NCBI GenBank assembly: GCA_002245135.1
Contig: NGBS01001160.1
Coordinates: 434,001-498,000, forward strand
Source: Proteromonas lacertae
Lineage: Eukaryota
DNA length: 64,000 nt
Direction: 5' to 3'
The position numbers and the translations under genes were made by a program. The notes under the pieces are model-generated. The model was given only the letters and a program-made list of their open reading frames with translations, was not told the origin of the DNA and made no database searches. Below, piece after piece: positions 1 through 13,161 of the stretch. Numbering within the stretch: position 1 is the stretch's first letter; the number at the start of each line of letters is the position of its first letter.

Positions 1-23
1 CGTATAAAAAATGTTTTCAGCTA

Positions 24-1107
24 ATGAGAAAGAAAGAAATTCCAAAAGCTGAACAGTCAGAAGATGAAAAACCAACAAATGTAATATCTGCAAGTTATCT
101 GAAAGTATAATATTATTCAATTTAGCATAGAAATTGTTTGGAACTAAAGGGGTGCCAGAGAAGATCAATCAAACTATTAATCAGAATAAAAAAATAAAAT
201 CAACCACTACAAATCGAAATATTAAGAATAACATTCCTCCACCTCCATCTTCTCCTACTAAATCTCCTCAACCGATTGTAAATACTGCAGAACAACCAAC
301 TGCAACTCCAATAAAGAAAGAATCACATACACTACCAAAGCAGCTAAGAGAAAGCATATTAGAGTATTATAAAATTGAAATAATTATGTAGATACTCTAA
401 TTTATTACAAAAATGCAATAATTTGGATAATAAAGAAGGAAATGAATCAAGATTATTATTTCAAAAAGTATGTCAATATAGTATACATTTTTGAATAATA
501 ATCTATTCCATAGAAGATTCTGCTTTTCCTGAATCAGATTTTAACAGTATCTATACATTATTAATATATATATATTATAGAAATAAATGAACTATGTAAC
601 ATGGCAAATGATTTACTCACAGTTAAACAATACACACCAGAAATATCATTCATAAATTCATACAAACTATCACTCATCAAAATGTCATTAATCAATCTTC
701 TAAATCAATCATATCCTACCACTCATATACTATCAGAAATACCAACAAAAAGAGAAACTGAGTCTTTTATGATTCCTTATCATTTAATAAATCATCCAAT
801 TCTTTCAATAATAAATGAAATAAAACAACCTTCCAATCATTTACTCTCCACACTTTCTGATATTTTATATGGTTATGAGATTGAGAAGAATACAGAAAAT
901 CAACTGAAATTATTGCAGAATAGAATATATCAACTAGTAAAGGATGAATTTGTTTTTCTTTCACAAAGTATAGAAATGATTATTTTGTTTATTGTTATAG
1001 ATTGGCCAAAGAATGAAAGTTTAAGAAAGCTGTATTTCAGAATATCTTGTTTTTTATTTTCAGTTTTAGAGAATAGAATCACATCTGTTATTTTAAGAAA
1101 CAAATAA
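24..1107 (+). CDS. Hypothetical protein, multi-exon, Pro-rich N-terminal part
   Basis: ATG at 24 joins ORF 134-391 through a 26-nt GT-AG intron (105-130). Further short introns appear to link it to ORF 601-1107. No recognisable domain. Confidence 0.5.
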
Positions 1108-1162
1108 AAACACAATATACTTATACATATATAGATAGATTAATAGTAAATGATTAAGTAAT

Positions 1163-1920
1163 TTAAAGTATAATACAACATTTGCGATGATGTCTTGTTC
1201 TGTGAGATTCATTTTCTCTATAATATATGTAATAAAATATTTATACTTTTTACCATATAGAGCTTCCTTTATAGCAGCTTCAAATAATTCATTCAATCCT
1301 TCTTGAGTTAAGGCAGAGCATTCATAATATGAGTTTAGTTTCATTTCTTGGCATACTCTTTCACCTTCCGCTGTTTCTACTACATCATCCAAACCACGTG
1401 CCTTTATCTGTTGTACTTGATCTTCATCGTCTCTAAGATCTTTTTTTGTGCCAACTAGCACTCTAATGGCATTGGGTGAGTAATTTTTGATTTCTGTCAC
1501 CCATTTATTCTGAACATTCTCTAAAGATGTTTTGCTGACTAATGAAAAGGCTACTAAGAATATGTTTACATTGGAATAGCTTAATGATCTTACACTATCA
1601 TAATCTTCTTGTCCTGCTGTATCCCAAAGGTTAAGATTGACAATTTCACCATTATCTAATCTAACTGAGAAAGTATAGTTCTCAAAAACTAAACGAGTAT
1701 ATTGATTAGATGAAATAATACCTGTAGGCACATGATCTCTAGGACATTCGCCTTTCGCAAACGAGATTAACAAGGATGTTTTTCCAATTGCGCCATCACT
1801 ATCAAATGTAAACATATGACATACCCAACTATAACGCATTTCAATGATTTGGTGTTTACATCAGCATTTATACTATCCTAAACAATATGCATACATTTAT
1901 ACTGATTCAACTACTTGCAT
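1163..1920 (-). CDS. Rho/Rac-family small GTPase
   Basis: Spliced LKCVIVGDGAIGKT P-loop, VPTVFENY, LWDTAGQEDY, VGTKKDLR, YECSALTQ; C-terminal CaaX (KCCIIL*) after the last intron. Confidence 0.95.
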
Positions 1921-2120
1921 TCGTTTAAACTTTTATGAAGAAAAAAGTGTGATTTTTGTGTGTTTTAAATGAAACGAATATAATTATTAGAACAGGTTTT
2001 TTAAATCATTGATATCTCCCAACAACAACAATAAAATAAAAAATAAAAATAAAATTGTACTTTAAAATCGAAAGAGTATAAAATCAAAGATTAAAAATAA
2101 ACAATATTAGACTGTTTAAG

Positions 2121-2696
2121 TTATTCAGAAGATTCTGAAGATGTAGGAGAGGGAGATGATGATGAAGAGTTAGAAGAGGAGGAAGAGGATGATGATGACG
2201 AGGAGGAGTATGGAGATTTCAAGATAGACCACTTATAATAATTACCTTGATGTAATTTGTCGATAACATCATGTCTAAACCTGAAATCGTGAAGCCAACC
2301 AGGACTAACTCTGAAGTCTTTTACTTTACGTCTTGCAGATATATCTTGGAAGACACTCATCGCTGTATCCTTTATGAGCTTATCTTCAACAGGTCCAGAT
2401 CCTTGATTTCCTATATAAGTGTTCAAAATATTCATGATGATGAGTATTTCCTCTTCATTTGAGAAAATTCTGTTCCACTTACCTCGAACTTCAGTACCAG
2501 CTTGTAGTATCCCACTTTGTTTCCATTGGTGATATTTTTTAGCTAACGTTTGCCGTCTTATACTATACTTTCGAGAAACTGACGACAAATTAGTCTCTTC
2601 TATCTCTTGAAATAGCTGAAGCCACTCGGTGGATGATATCAAATAAGAATCAGTTGATTTTCTGGTCCTTTTTGAATTGGAAAGGCATTTATTCAT
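2121..2696 (-). CDS. CENP-B/Tc5(pogo)-type tandem HTH DNA-binding protein with Ser-rich tail, no DDE domain
   Basis: Intronless ORF. LSSVSRKYSIRRQTL is psq-like HTH; FRVSPGWLHDFRFRH matches the F-x-x-S-x-GWL-x-x-F-x-x-RH CENP-B HTH motif. Confidence 0.75.
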   Translation of the reverse strand: MNKCLSNSKRTRKSTDSYLISSTEWLQLFQEIEETNLSSVSRKYSIRRQTLAKKYHQWKQSGILQAGTEVRGKWNRIFSNEEEILIIMNILNTYIGNQGSGPVEDKLIKDTAMSVFQDISARRKVKDFRVSPGWLHDFRFRHDVIDKLHQGNYYKWSILKSPYSSSSSSSSSSSSNSSSSSPSPTSSESSE

Positions 2697-3195
2697 AAGT
2701 TTTTAATAAATAATTTTGTTGGATTTTGATTGGTTGTATGACGTAACTAAAAAAATAGATGCGTTTCATATCTCATCCAAAATTTCATTCATCTTATTTA
2801 AGTTGATTATTAGTGTCTAGTAGTTGTATAATTTATACTCAACTGCAGATGCGTAGCTGTTCATTTTTATTTAACAGAATAAACGAGAAACAGCATTTTT
2901 AAACATTTTTATTAAAATAATATCCGTTTCGTTCAGAAAAATGTTTCAGTTATTTTTTGCATCAGGATTTTATTATATCAGATTAGCTTATCATTCAGAA
3001 ATATATTAGACCTACTATAATATTAGTTGGTAATAAAGTGGGCTTATGAAATAGAATGATTAGAAATATTGGTACTTCTACAAATATACAGGAATGAATT
3101 ACCTAAGAATCAGTACAATGTTTTATTTGTCAAATTTTAGCCCATGAATATCATACAAAGAAAAGAAATTATACAAAATTATCATTTAAAAAAGA

Positions 3196-3712
3196 CTATA
3201 CTTCACTTCTACATCTACACAAGCAATAAGGATTCCTATTTAGAATGATAAATCAAACGAATTACAAATATATTTATATTCAACCAAATATTATAAACAT
3301 ACCTGCAATTTGGCTTATCAATTTCTCGGTAGTGTTCAGCCTCAAAATCGAAAGTGCTTGGGATTAATGTATCATAAATAATGTCATGGATATATACCTC
3401 ACTCTCTAGTTTCTTGTCAACTTCAGCCAATATTTTATCTTCTTCACTTGATCTATTGATATCTGCTTCATTTTCTGCAATACGAATTCTCTTTCGCTTT
3501 GGTTCATCTGATTTCACTTGTTCAGCCTATTTTATAACTGTATTGTAGTACTTTTATGTAATTCGATATGATTCCCTTTATGTAAGGTGTTTTAGATTCC
3601 TTTACCATCTTCAATTCCTCATCAACCCCATATTCAGGTATCTAAATATTGATCTATCAGAAAATAAGTCTACTAATCGTTTTCTTTGAAACAGTCCTTG
3701 AATCCAGTTCAT
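3196..3712 (-). CDS. Small hypothetical protein with Cys-rich C-terminus
   Basis: MNWIQGLF start; three GT-AG introns give a continuous frame ending NCRNPYCLCRCRSEV*. Confidence 0.55.
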
Positions 3713-3786
3713 CTGATTGTGAAAATTAAAGAAGAAATAAAGTGATTTGAATATCAAATTTAAGCTTGTTCAAAATAGAATATAAA

Positions 3787-6756
3787 ATGGATTTAAATTC
3801 ATATAGATTGCCTAATTCTGTTGTTCCATATCAGTATTTTCATTCATTACATTCAACTAGCTATAAAATTGATTATAAAGAAATAGATTTAGATAATTTT
3901 GTTTTTTCAGGAGTGATACAGATTTCCGTAAATGTACTTAGCAATACTAATACAGTGATTATAAATGGTTATAAATTATCAGTTTCCGTATATTTATAGT
4001 GTAATAAATGTTCATTTAGGATGTAAAAGTTATTCAAAATAATAGAACAATTGAATTGAAATGTATTAATGTCAATTTAGAAAAAGAAACAATCGAGTTT
4101 TATTTAGAGGAGGATTTACTAGAAGGAAAGTGTGAAATATGTATGAGTTTCAAAGGAGAAATATCAAAATCACTTAGTGGATTATACCGAAGCAAATATC
4201 AAGTGAATGGTAAAGATAAATTCATGTGTGTTAGTCATTTTGAATCTTGTGATGCCAGAGCTGCATTTCCATGTTTCGATGAACCATCCATGAAAGCAGT
4301 GTTTGAAATATCTGTAATAACAACCAATGATAAATGTGTAATCTCAAATATGGAAATTATAGAAAGAAGAAGAATAGACAATGATAAAGTATTTCTTCAG
4401 TTTGATAAAAGTCCAATTATGTCAAGCTATTTAGTAGCCTTATTAATAGGTGAATTTGATAGTGTAAGTAAATATACAAATAATGGTATTAAAGTTACTG
4501 TGTATATATATTATATAATTATTATATTATCAGTTATACTCCATTGAATCAAAGTAAGAATGGTTTATTCGCTTTAGAATGTGCAATTAAATCAATCGAA
4601 TTCTATTCTGATTTCTTTGGAATAAAATATCCACTACCAAAATGTGATTTAGTTGCTATAAGTGATTTTGCAGCAGGTGCAATGGAGAATTGGGGATGTT
4701 TGACATTCAGAGAGACAATGTTATTATTTGATAGTGAAAATAGTAGTATGGTTGTAAGGAAAAGAGTAGCTTTGTGTGTAGGACATGAATTAGCACATCA
4801 AGTATATATATATATATTATTGTGTATTGATAGTGGTTTGGTAATTTAGTAACAATGAAATGGTGGAATGATTTATGGCTAAATGAAGGATTTGCTAAAT
4901 ATATGGAATATATATGTGTTGATAGTTATATGAAAGAATGGAATATTTGGGAATTTTTTGAGGAGTATATATATAATATACTAATAAATAGATTTATTCA
5001 TAATCCTGCTTATAAATTAGATAGTTTAATATCATCTCATCCTATTGAAGTTTCTGTAAATGATCCTCGTGAAATTAGTCAACTATTTGATATTATCTCC
5101 TATCGAAAAGGTGCTTCTATATTATTAATGTTGAATAATTACTTAGGAATTGATGATTTTAGAAAAGTATTTGTTTAATGCTATATTCTTATTATTCAAT
5201 TAAATAGGGTTTGAATTTGTATTTAACTAGATTTAGTTATAAGAATGCTTGCACTGAAGATCTGTGGAGTTCACTCGAAGAAATATCCCACAAACCAGTA
5301 TCAAAGATAATGAACAATTATATAACAAAAGAAGGTTATCCGCTAATCAGTTTAAGTGAAAAAGATGGAAAAATTGAATTGAAACAAGAAAGATATTTAA
5401 AAAGTACTAAATCAGTAAATAATGATAAGTGGAATATTCCATTAACAGCTTTATTAATCAAAGAGAATGGTGAAAATGAAATATTTGAATTACCTTTGAT
5501 CAATGAAGATGATAATAAGAATAATGAAATATTGGAAGAATTAATGATATTAAGAAAAAGAGGTATTGTAAAGTTAAATGTTAATCAAGTATATATTCAT
5601 TATATTTATTCATTATTTATAGTCAACATTTTGTAGAATCAATTATGATATAAAATGGCGAAAAGAATTATTTAGTGTTTGTAATACTGATAGAATAAGT
5701 TCAGTTGATAAAATTGGCTGTATATATATTATCTCTATATTATTGATTATTGTTATAGTGATAAGTGATTTATTTGCCTTGTCAATCTGTGGTAAAATAC
5801 CAATTAGTGAATGTTTGGATTTATTGAAAATGTATTTATAATAATAGTAATATATATTTGTATAGATTTAAGGATGAAAAGAATATGGGTGTTTGGAGTG
5901 AAATATTCTCTCATTTATGTGTATTATTGAATTTATATAGTGAAGAAAGTTTCTATCCAAAATTACAGAAATATGTTATTGATTTATATATAAATAAATA
6001 CAATGAAATTGGTTGGGAAAAGAAAGACAATGAAATAGAAACTGTTAATTTATTCAGATGTCAAATATTAAAGTATAAAAATATTTTATTATTATTATTA
6101 CTATATGTATATAGAATAATGATAAAATGTGGTTATAAAGATGCAATAGACACCTCCAAATCACTTTATTATACCAAAATAAAAGAAGGAGAGTATGTAA
6201 GTCCAGATATTAGAAGTACATGTTATAAATCAATTTTAAACGAAGATGATTATGAAACTGCAGAAAGTAACTATAATGAACTAATAATGAAGTTAAGTAG
6301 TATAAATTTAACAGAAGAGAAGAAGAGAATAATGGGTGCTTTAGGCCAATCAAAACATGAGAAATTAATCAAAAGAACTTTAGAATTAACTGTTGATTCA
6401 AATACAAGAAGTCAAGATATTAATTTCATAATAACATCCTGTACTGGTAATCCTAAAGGTAAATATATCAGTTGGTTATTCTTTAAAAATCATTATGATT
6501 ATTATTGTAAAACACTTGATACTGGAACGATGTTGACAAATTGTGTATCTAATTTTATTGTTGGTTTAAGAAGTGAAGATGATTTGAAAGATATTAAAGA
6601 GTTCTTTAAAGATAAAGATGCAAGAAGATATATTAGAAAGTTGAATAATGCTATTGAAACAGTATATACTTTTTTTTTATATAATTATAATAGATTGAGA
6701 ATAGAATAGAAAGAATGAAAAGAGATATTGATTGCCTGAATAAATATTCATTTTAA
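3787..6756 (+). CDS. Puromycin-sensitive aminopeptidase-like M1 metallopeptidase
   Basis: YRLP N-terminus, [26 protein letters not shown]...LWLNEGFA zinc motif, YRKGAS, ERAP1-like C-terminal region; multi-exon. Confidence 0.95.
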
Positions 6757-7254
6757 AATTATTATTATCTATGTTTTGTTTGTTTTAATAGAAATACATA
6801 ATAATACAGTATTTAAAAAATGAGAGTATTTAAAAATAAACCATTTCATTAATCGGAAAGTATAAGTACTATTTATGCGAAGATAGGATTATTGTGTTAA
6901 TTTAAATAGATTAAAATAGATTTAAAGTATTTACTAAATAGAGAATAGTATATATCTATATTTATTAATAGGATTAGAGATGAATGTATACTTGAATAGA
7001 TCTTGGAATAAATTAGAAAGGATTGAAGATATTAATAGAAAGATTAAAAGGTCATAAACGTAGAGAATATTTGTTTGGAAGGAAATGAATTGAATGAAAA
7101 AGAATTAAGATATATGAAAGAAAATGAGAATGTATTTTGTAGATTAGATGAATTATCCATAACAGTAAAAGAAAATATAATCAGAAATAAAATCATTTCT
7201 AAAAACATTTTCATTTTTTGAATATATATTCTTTATTTGTTTTATTTTAGATAT

Positions 7255-8445
7255 TTAAACAATCTTTAAAGCAGTGTATAATCCATTTTCCAATTCTAAT
7301 TCTTTCCTTACACACAATTCATTCAATATATTGTAGAGTTCATCAATTGTTTTCTCATCTATACATTATAGAATATATATATTATACATTTATTTTGTCC
7401 AACAATAAACACTTGTAACATTTTGTGTATTTTTTCGATTGGACTTTTTCCAATATTATTTAATATCATCTTTATATATGTTTCTAATACTCTTTTATTT
7501 GTCTTTTCAACATCTTCTTCATCATCTTCTTCTACTTCATCAACTTCATTCTCTTCAAAATTTGAATTTAATCTAATTACATATATTAATACAATGAATA
7601 TACTCTTTCACAACAGAATATTGTGAAGTTTTACTGTTTAATTCTATTATTCCATAAGATATTAACTTTGACAAACAATTCTTCATTGCTTCAACGTCTA
7701 AATGTATGATTTCACTTAATTCATTCAATTCCCATTCATCTTTATCTCCAAAATATAATAGAATATTAAACAGAATTGGAGATAATTCAAATTCTTTTGT
7801 TGTATCACCTATCGTTAAGTCGAACTATATATATATAAATATATATGATAGGATTATTAATATACAGTAACTTTCCCTTCAAAAATATACCATTGAAATA
7901 TAGATGGACTAAATTTGTCATTGTAATTAATCATAAATTTCTGTATATAAGGTTTAACAGACTTATGCCATTTTATATTGTAAGATTTCATATCAGGCCA
8001 ATAATAATGTGAAAGTATCAAACTGTTAATAGGAAAAGGATCATTCATAGTAATTTCTTTATTAATTTTTTTGCTTTCAATAATATCATTCAACATAACA
8101 TCAAATGACTTTAATAAGCTGTGATTGAATAATCTGTGAAGTTCTTTTACTATTTCAATCTCTCTATTTATATAAATATTAATATATATATATATATATA
8201 ATATACTGTTGGATATTACTATGATGAAGTAAAAGTCTTTTACATAACAACATATGGTATTCATTCATAAAATCATTCTCATTACCAAAAATATTAACAA
8301 ATATCCTCAACAAGTCATTTGTATTCATTTTCATGTGGTTATTGTTAAGTTCTCTTAATTCAGGATTCCATTCATTATCATTAGAAAAACCTTTGCTATC
8401 ATCATCATAATTATCCATTATAAAAATCTAATAAGAAAGAAATAA

Positions 8446-8480
<35 letters not shown>

Positions 8481-9414
8481 TTGACATATTTGGATCAGTG
8501 ATATTTTCAATAATACATTGAATTGTATCTTTTCTATTCCTTAAATATTTCTTTATAAGGTCATTAATAGACTTATTTATAATAATATCATTCTTATCTA
8601 TTATATGAAGACTTTTTATTATATTCACATATATTTGTAGTATAAACATTGTTGTATTATCTTTTCTTAATAATTTGGTGGTTATATTATTTGATAATTC
8701 GTTCGATATTCTATTGTAGACATCTTCTTCTCTTTTTATTGTCTTATATATATCATGTAGATAGCATATTGTATCTGGATAGTGAATTATTACAAGATAT
8801 ATGTTTTTAACCAATAGATTGTTAATATACTATTTAAAAGATTAATATGAAATATTTATTAAATAAAATTATACTGATTTTATTTCATTTTCTAGTATCA
8901 TCCTCATATCTATTATATCTGCAATTAATATAAAATGTTTTAGATATTGCTTCTCTACTTTCAATGTTATTTGCTTTAATAAAGATTCACAATTCTTGAA
9001 GTTTATTTGTGAATATTGGTTTGATATATCAAACAAAATGTAATCTTTAACTAATTCTCGAAGTAATGACACTTGATTTAATGTTTTTAATGAATTTAAT
9101 AAGGTATTTGGCTGATCAATAAACGTATTTCTGAGATACTGGAATAAATCGTTATAAAATAATTGATTTTCACTGAATTGTATTTGAATATATATTTCTA
9201 TGTGTTGAATAAATTTCTTTTGAGTTTCCTTTGGATGTGATGATATTTTTGATTGGAAAGAAGAATATATAAACAATAATTTCTTTAATATTACATCAAT
9301 ATAACTATTTGACTTAGATGAATAGGGTTTTTCTTTCCTAATTTCTAATACTTTCGAAAAGACTGAACTAATTTGCTCTTTTACTTCCAGTTCATAATAT
9401 TTTAATGGATTCAT
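7255..9414 (-). CDS. APC2: Anaphase-promoting complex subunit 2 (cullin-like)
   Basis: IKKYLRNRKDTIQCII, EWNPE, DLLRIFVNIFGNENDFMNEYHMLLCKRLL, ILSHYYWP; C-terminal winged-helix region ending ELENGLY. Confidence 0.85.
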
Positions 9415-9510
9415 TTTACAAAGTAAAGTTTAAATTTTGATTTGATCTTTAAATGAGATGAAAAACAAATTTTAAATTTGAATTTTATAAAAAAATATTC
9501 GTTTCACAAA

Positions 9511-10700
9511 ATGAAAATTCTTCTTTTTCTGTTTATAGTAGCATTATTAGAGGCAGCAAATTGTCCACATATGTGTAGTGGTCATGGAACATGTGATGAG
9601 AAAGGTTTTTGTAATTGTTTTATTGGCTGGACCATGGGTGATTGTTCTTTGAGTATTGTAAATAAGATAATTTGTAGGATCATGCCCTTATGGATATAGT
9701 TATGTAGATCCTACCGGAAATATGACTCCAGAGAATAGAAAAAAATTAGAGTGTAGCTCACAGGGTAAGTGTGATAGGTCTACAGGAGAATGTTCATGTG
9801 CAGATGGGTTTGAAGGTGCAGCATGTGATAGATTATCATGTCCAAATAATTGTAATAGTCATGGAGTTTGTGTGCCAGTCAGTATGTTAAATAAACATTC
9901 AGACGATATGAATCAAATTGAAATAGAAGAAAAGAATTCTAGACATAGATATAGGAATTGGGATAATTTGTTGAGTTTCAAATGTGTGTGTGATTTAGAG
10001 TATAGAGGATCAGATTGTAGTGAAAGTATATATGATTTATTATTATAATTTAGAAAAATGTCCAAGTGGTTTTTATATATCCTCTGAAAAAGATTTTACA
10101 CAGACAATAACTATATCTACTACATCTTATCAATCAAATATTGATTCTAAATCATGTTTAGCATATTTAGAATATACAGATTATTATGGTAATAAATGGT
10201 ATAGTAATAGTTATTGCGTATTCTGTGAAGATAGTAATTCATCAATATGTAAAAATACGAAAATAAAAGGCTGGAAAGAAGCATTAAGCAAATTTCCTGC
10301 AGATATAATAGACTTAGATAAAAATAAACCAATTGATATAAATGAAAATAGAATAATTATAAAGTTTGGTAAGAATAATCCAAATTATAGACAATCTTGT
10401 TTTAGAATTATCATGGAAGAAGATTTAGCGTTATTATTAGATAAAGAAAGGAAAGATATTCATGGTATGACTATTGAAGGATTGTCTTTAGATGTGAATG
10501 GTGAATATCATGTAGAAGATTATGATAATAGTAGTTTTAAAGCATTAAGAAATGTTAGTTCTATTCAATATACAAATTCTGAAGGTGGAGAAGCGATAGA
10601 ATGTAGTAACCATGGTGTTTGTGACAGAGAAGAAGGATTATGTAAATGCTTTGACGGATATTATGGTATTTCCTGCTCTGAACAAGCAGCTATGATATAA
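9511..10700 (+). CDS. Secreted EGF/tenascin-repeat protein, Sig1/Ocm1 mastigoneme-like family
   Basis: Signal peptide; CSGHGTC, ECSSQGKCDRSTGECSCADGFEGAACDRLSCPNNCNSHGVC, YRNWD, and terminal ECSNHGVCDREEGLCKCFDGYYGISC. Confidence 0.7.
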
Positions 10701-10896
10701 TATTAGTAATATTTATGTGGTGTTCTTTATGAGGAGATACATTTTAATAATTCTATCAAAATCTTTATATATACACTAGAATCACATTATTATCTTGCAT
10801 ACTCTACGTATTCTACTGATTTGGGATTTTACAGTGCTGCACAAAAGTTGAGTGAATAAAAAAACTGAAAAAAGAAATTTTGTTTCTCAAAAATCT

Positions 10897-13006
10897 ATGA
10901 GTAAAAACTTGGATTCCTTGTCTCTGCTCATATCAGAATTTTGTTACTGTATGAGAAACTTGTTATATCAGCATAGTAAATCTTAATGAAGTTAACAATT
11001 TAATAAATTCATATGAAAGCTTAGAAGAAGTGTATGTACCATAAATATATAGCTTGTAGATCAACTCAAAGAAATAGTGATGTCCTACCTTCATTTTTTG
11101 TTGATTTTTTCGCATTACCCACTTGTCCTTTAGTAGATTCAATATTATCATGTTACAGTATATTTCATTTTATTTATTTAATTTAGAAACATTTTTATTT
11201 AATGATTTTTATCAGCTTATTACTTTATTTAGTGGAACTCCATCTGTGTTTGTGTTAAAGTGTATGTACATTTAATATATTATGTAGTATTGTTGATATC
11301 TATAACTGAGTGTGAAGATTTAGAAAGAATAAAGATTGTATATATATAATTAATATAATAATAAATAGAATCATGTAGAAGATTTACTATCAAAAATAAG
11401 TAAAAGACCAGCATCCTTTATTATTGCAAATGAAGATTTTCATCCAGCAGCTGATGGTTATATATCAATAAATTCTATATTTAATATATTAAAAGATCAT
11501 GCATCTTATATTGGGCAACTTACCGAAGTTCAAAACTGTTTTGAAAGAATGACATTAGGAAATACTCAATGGCAAAAAATAAGACATAGACGTAAATATA
11601 TTAGAAAAGCTCATGAATATGCTGAAAAACACAATGGTAAAGTATTAAAAGAATCCATAACTAGTAAAATAAGAAGATTATTCTCAAGAGAACCACCTTT
11701 GTTTAAATATGATTATAGTTTACCTTTTGAAAAACTCCATAAAGCAGAAGATGAAATAATTAAAATATATAAACAAAGATATCATCCATTTGTACCAATA
11801 GAAAAAGCAGAAGATAGAAGATTAGAAGCGCTTAAAAGAATAGGAAGTATTCATTCAGTTGAGAAACCTGGTACAAGAATGGATTTTGTAGTGAATGATG
11901 ATGTATATCCTATTAACTATCAAAATGATGATGTGCATAATAGTGGAGAAAATAATAATACAAATATTGATAAATTTGGTGAAGAAGAAGAAGAAGAAAA
12001 TAGAGGAGAAGAAATAGATAATTACAATGAAGAGAGCAATAATCGTTTTTCAAAAAGAAATCCTGTAAAAAGTTGTACATTTTATGATTATAATAATATA
12101 CCACCTCCTTATCAAACATTTCAAAGATCTGGTACATCTAATGGTGTATTTAGAAATACATTGTTATCTCCACCAGGATGTGTAGTTATGCCAAATGAAG
12201 TGGAATTTCATTCACCCATTGGATCACCACATGGAATATCTCCTTTAGTTCCAAGAAAAAGTCCAATAATTTCATTAAGAAAGAATCCTTTTTGTAGTGA
12301 TAATGAATTATGTTTCACTATTAATCCTGTACCATCATCATCATCATCACTCATATTACCACAACAACAGATATTTCAGCAATCATCCCAATTTGGTTCA
12401 TTATCCAATAAGAGATATCTTTCACCAACTACATCAACATCATCATCAAATGTAAAAGGCAGAAGCTATTCTGCTGCTAATGCCTATCAACAATATCCTC
12501 CTTATGAGAACAGTCCAATTCGTATTCCAATATCTCCACCAAGATCGCCCACTAATTCAGATTCAACCTCTCATTTTATTGCTAGTGGATCAACAGCAAC
12601 TACTATTACTACAGATGAATATGATTTAGGTGACAATATTCAATCCTTACCACGTAATTTAAGATTATCAGAAGATGGTGAATATATATTACAGCAACCA
12701 CAACTTGTTAAAGTTATTCAAATCAGTCCAATCAAGCCAAGATGTATGAGTTATAGTAATGGAGAACAAATTGCTTCTGTTTGTTCAACAATGAGAGGAA
12801 GAAAAATCACATTACCAAGACAAACATTAGAAGAAGATAAGAATATGCAAAAATTACATTATCAGACTGTTTTAGAGAATGAAAGCAATGAAATGAATCA
12901 GGAAGATGATGAATATAACGAGGATGACGAGGATGTTGACTACGACAAGTATATTAACTCTGACAAACCTAAATATAAATTGACCAAAAATAAAGATCAA
13001 CAATAG
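10897..13006 (+). CDS. Hypothetical protein; several small 5' exons (weak calcineurin-B/EF-hand-like resemblance) and a long Ser/Pro-rich last exon
   Basis: Six short GT-AG introns join ATG 10897 in frame to ORF 11549-13006. Confidence 0.55.
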
Positions 13007-13161
13007 GTTGTATTTATAGTTTTTTATAGTAATTTATGAAGAGTTTTAACTTAAGATTCAATTATTTCAATAATTATGTGTTTATTAGCATTTTATATCA
13101 TATAAACACTTATATTATCGATAGAAAGAGTATTAATAGTATAATTTGATAAATGTATTCT

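Noticed and set aside
7046..7215. Possible ~56-codon minus-strand ORF (MKMFLEMILF...) between the aminopeptidase and APC2
   Set aside because: Short, Phe/Ser-biased and featureless; consistent with AT-rich spacer DNA.
8449..8478. (TA)n tracts as possible element footprints or arrays
   Set aside because: Simple microsatellites inside short introns; no spacers, TIRs or CRISPR-like structure.
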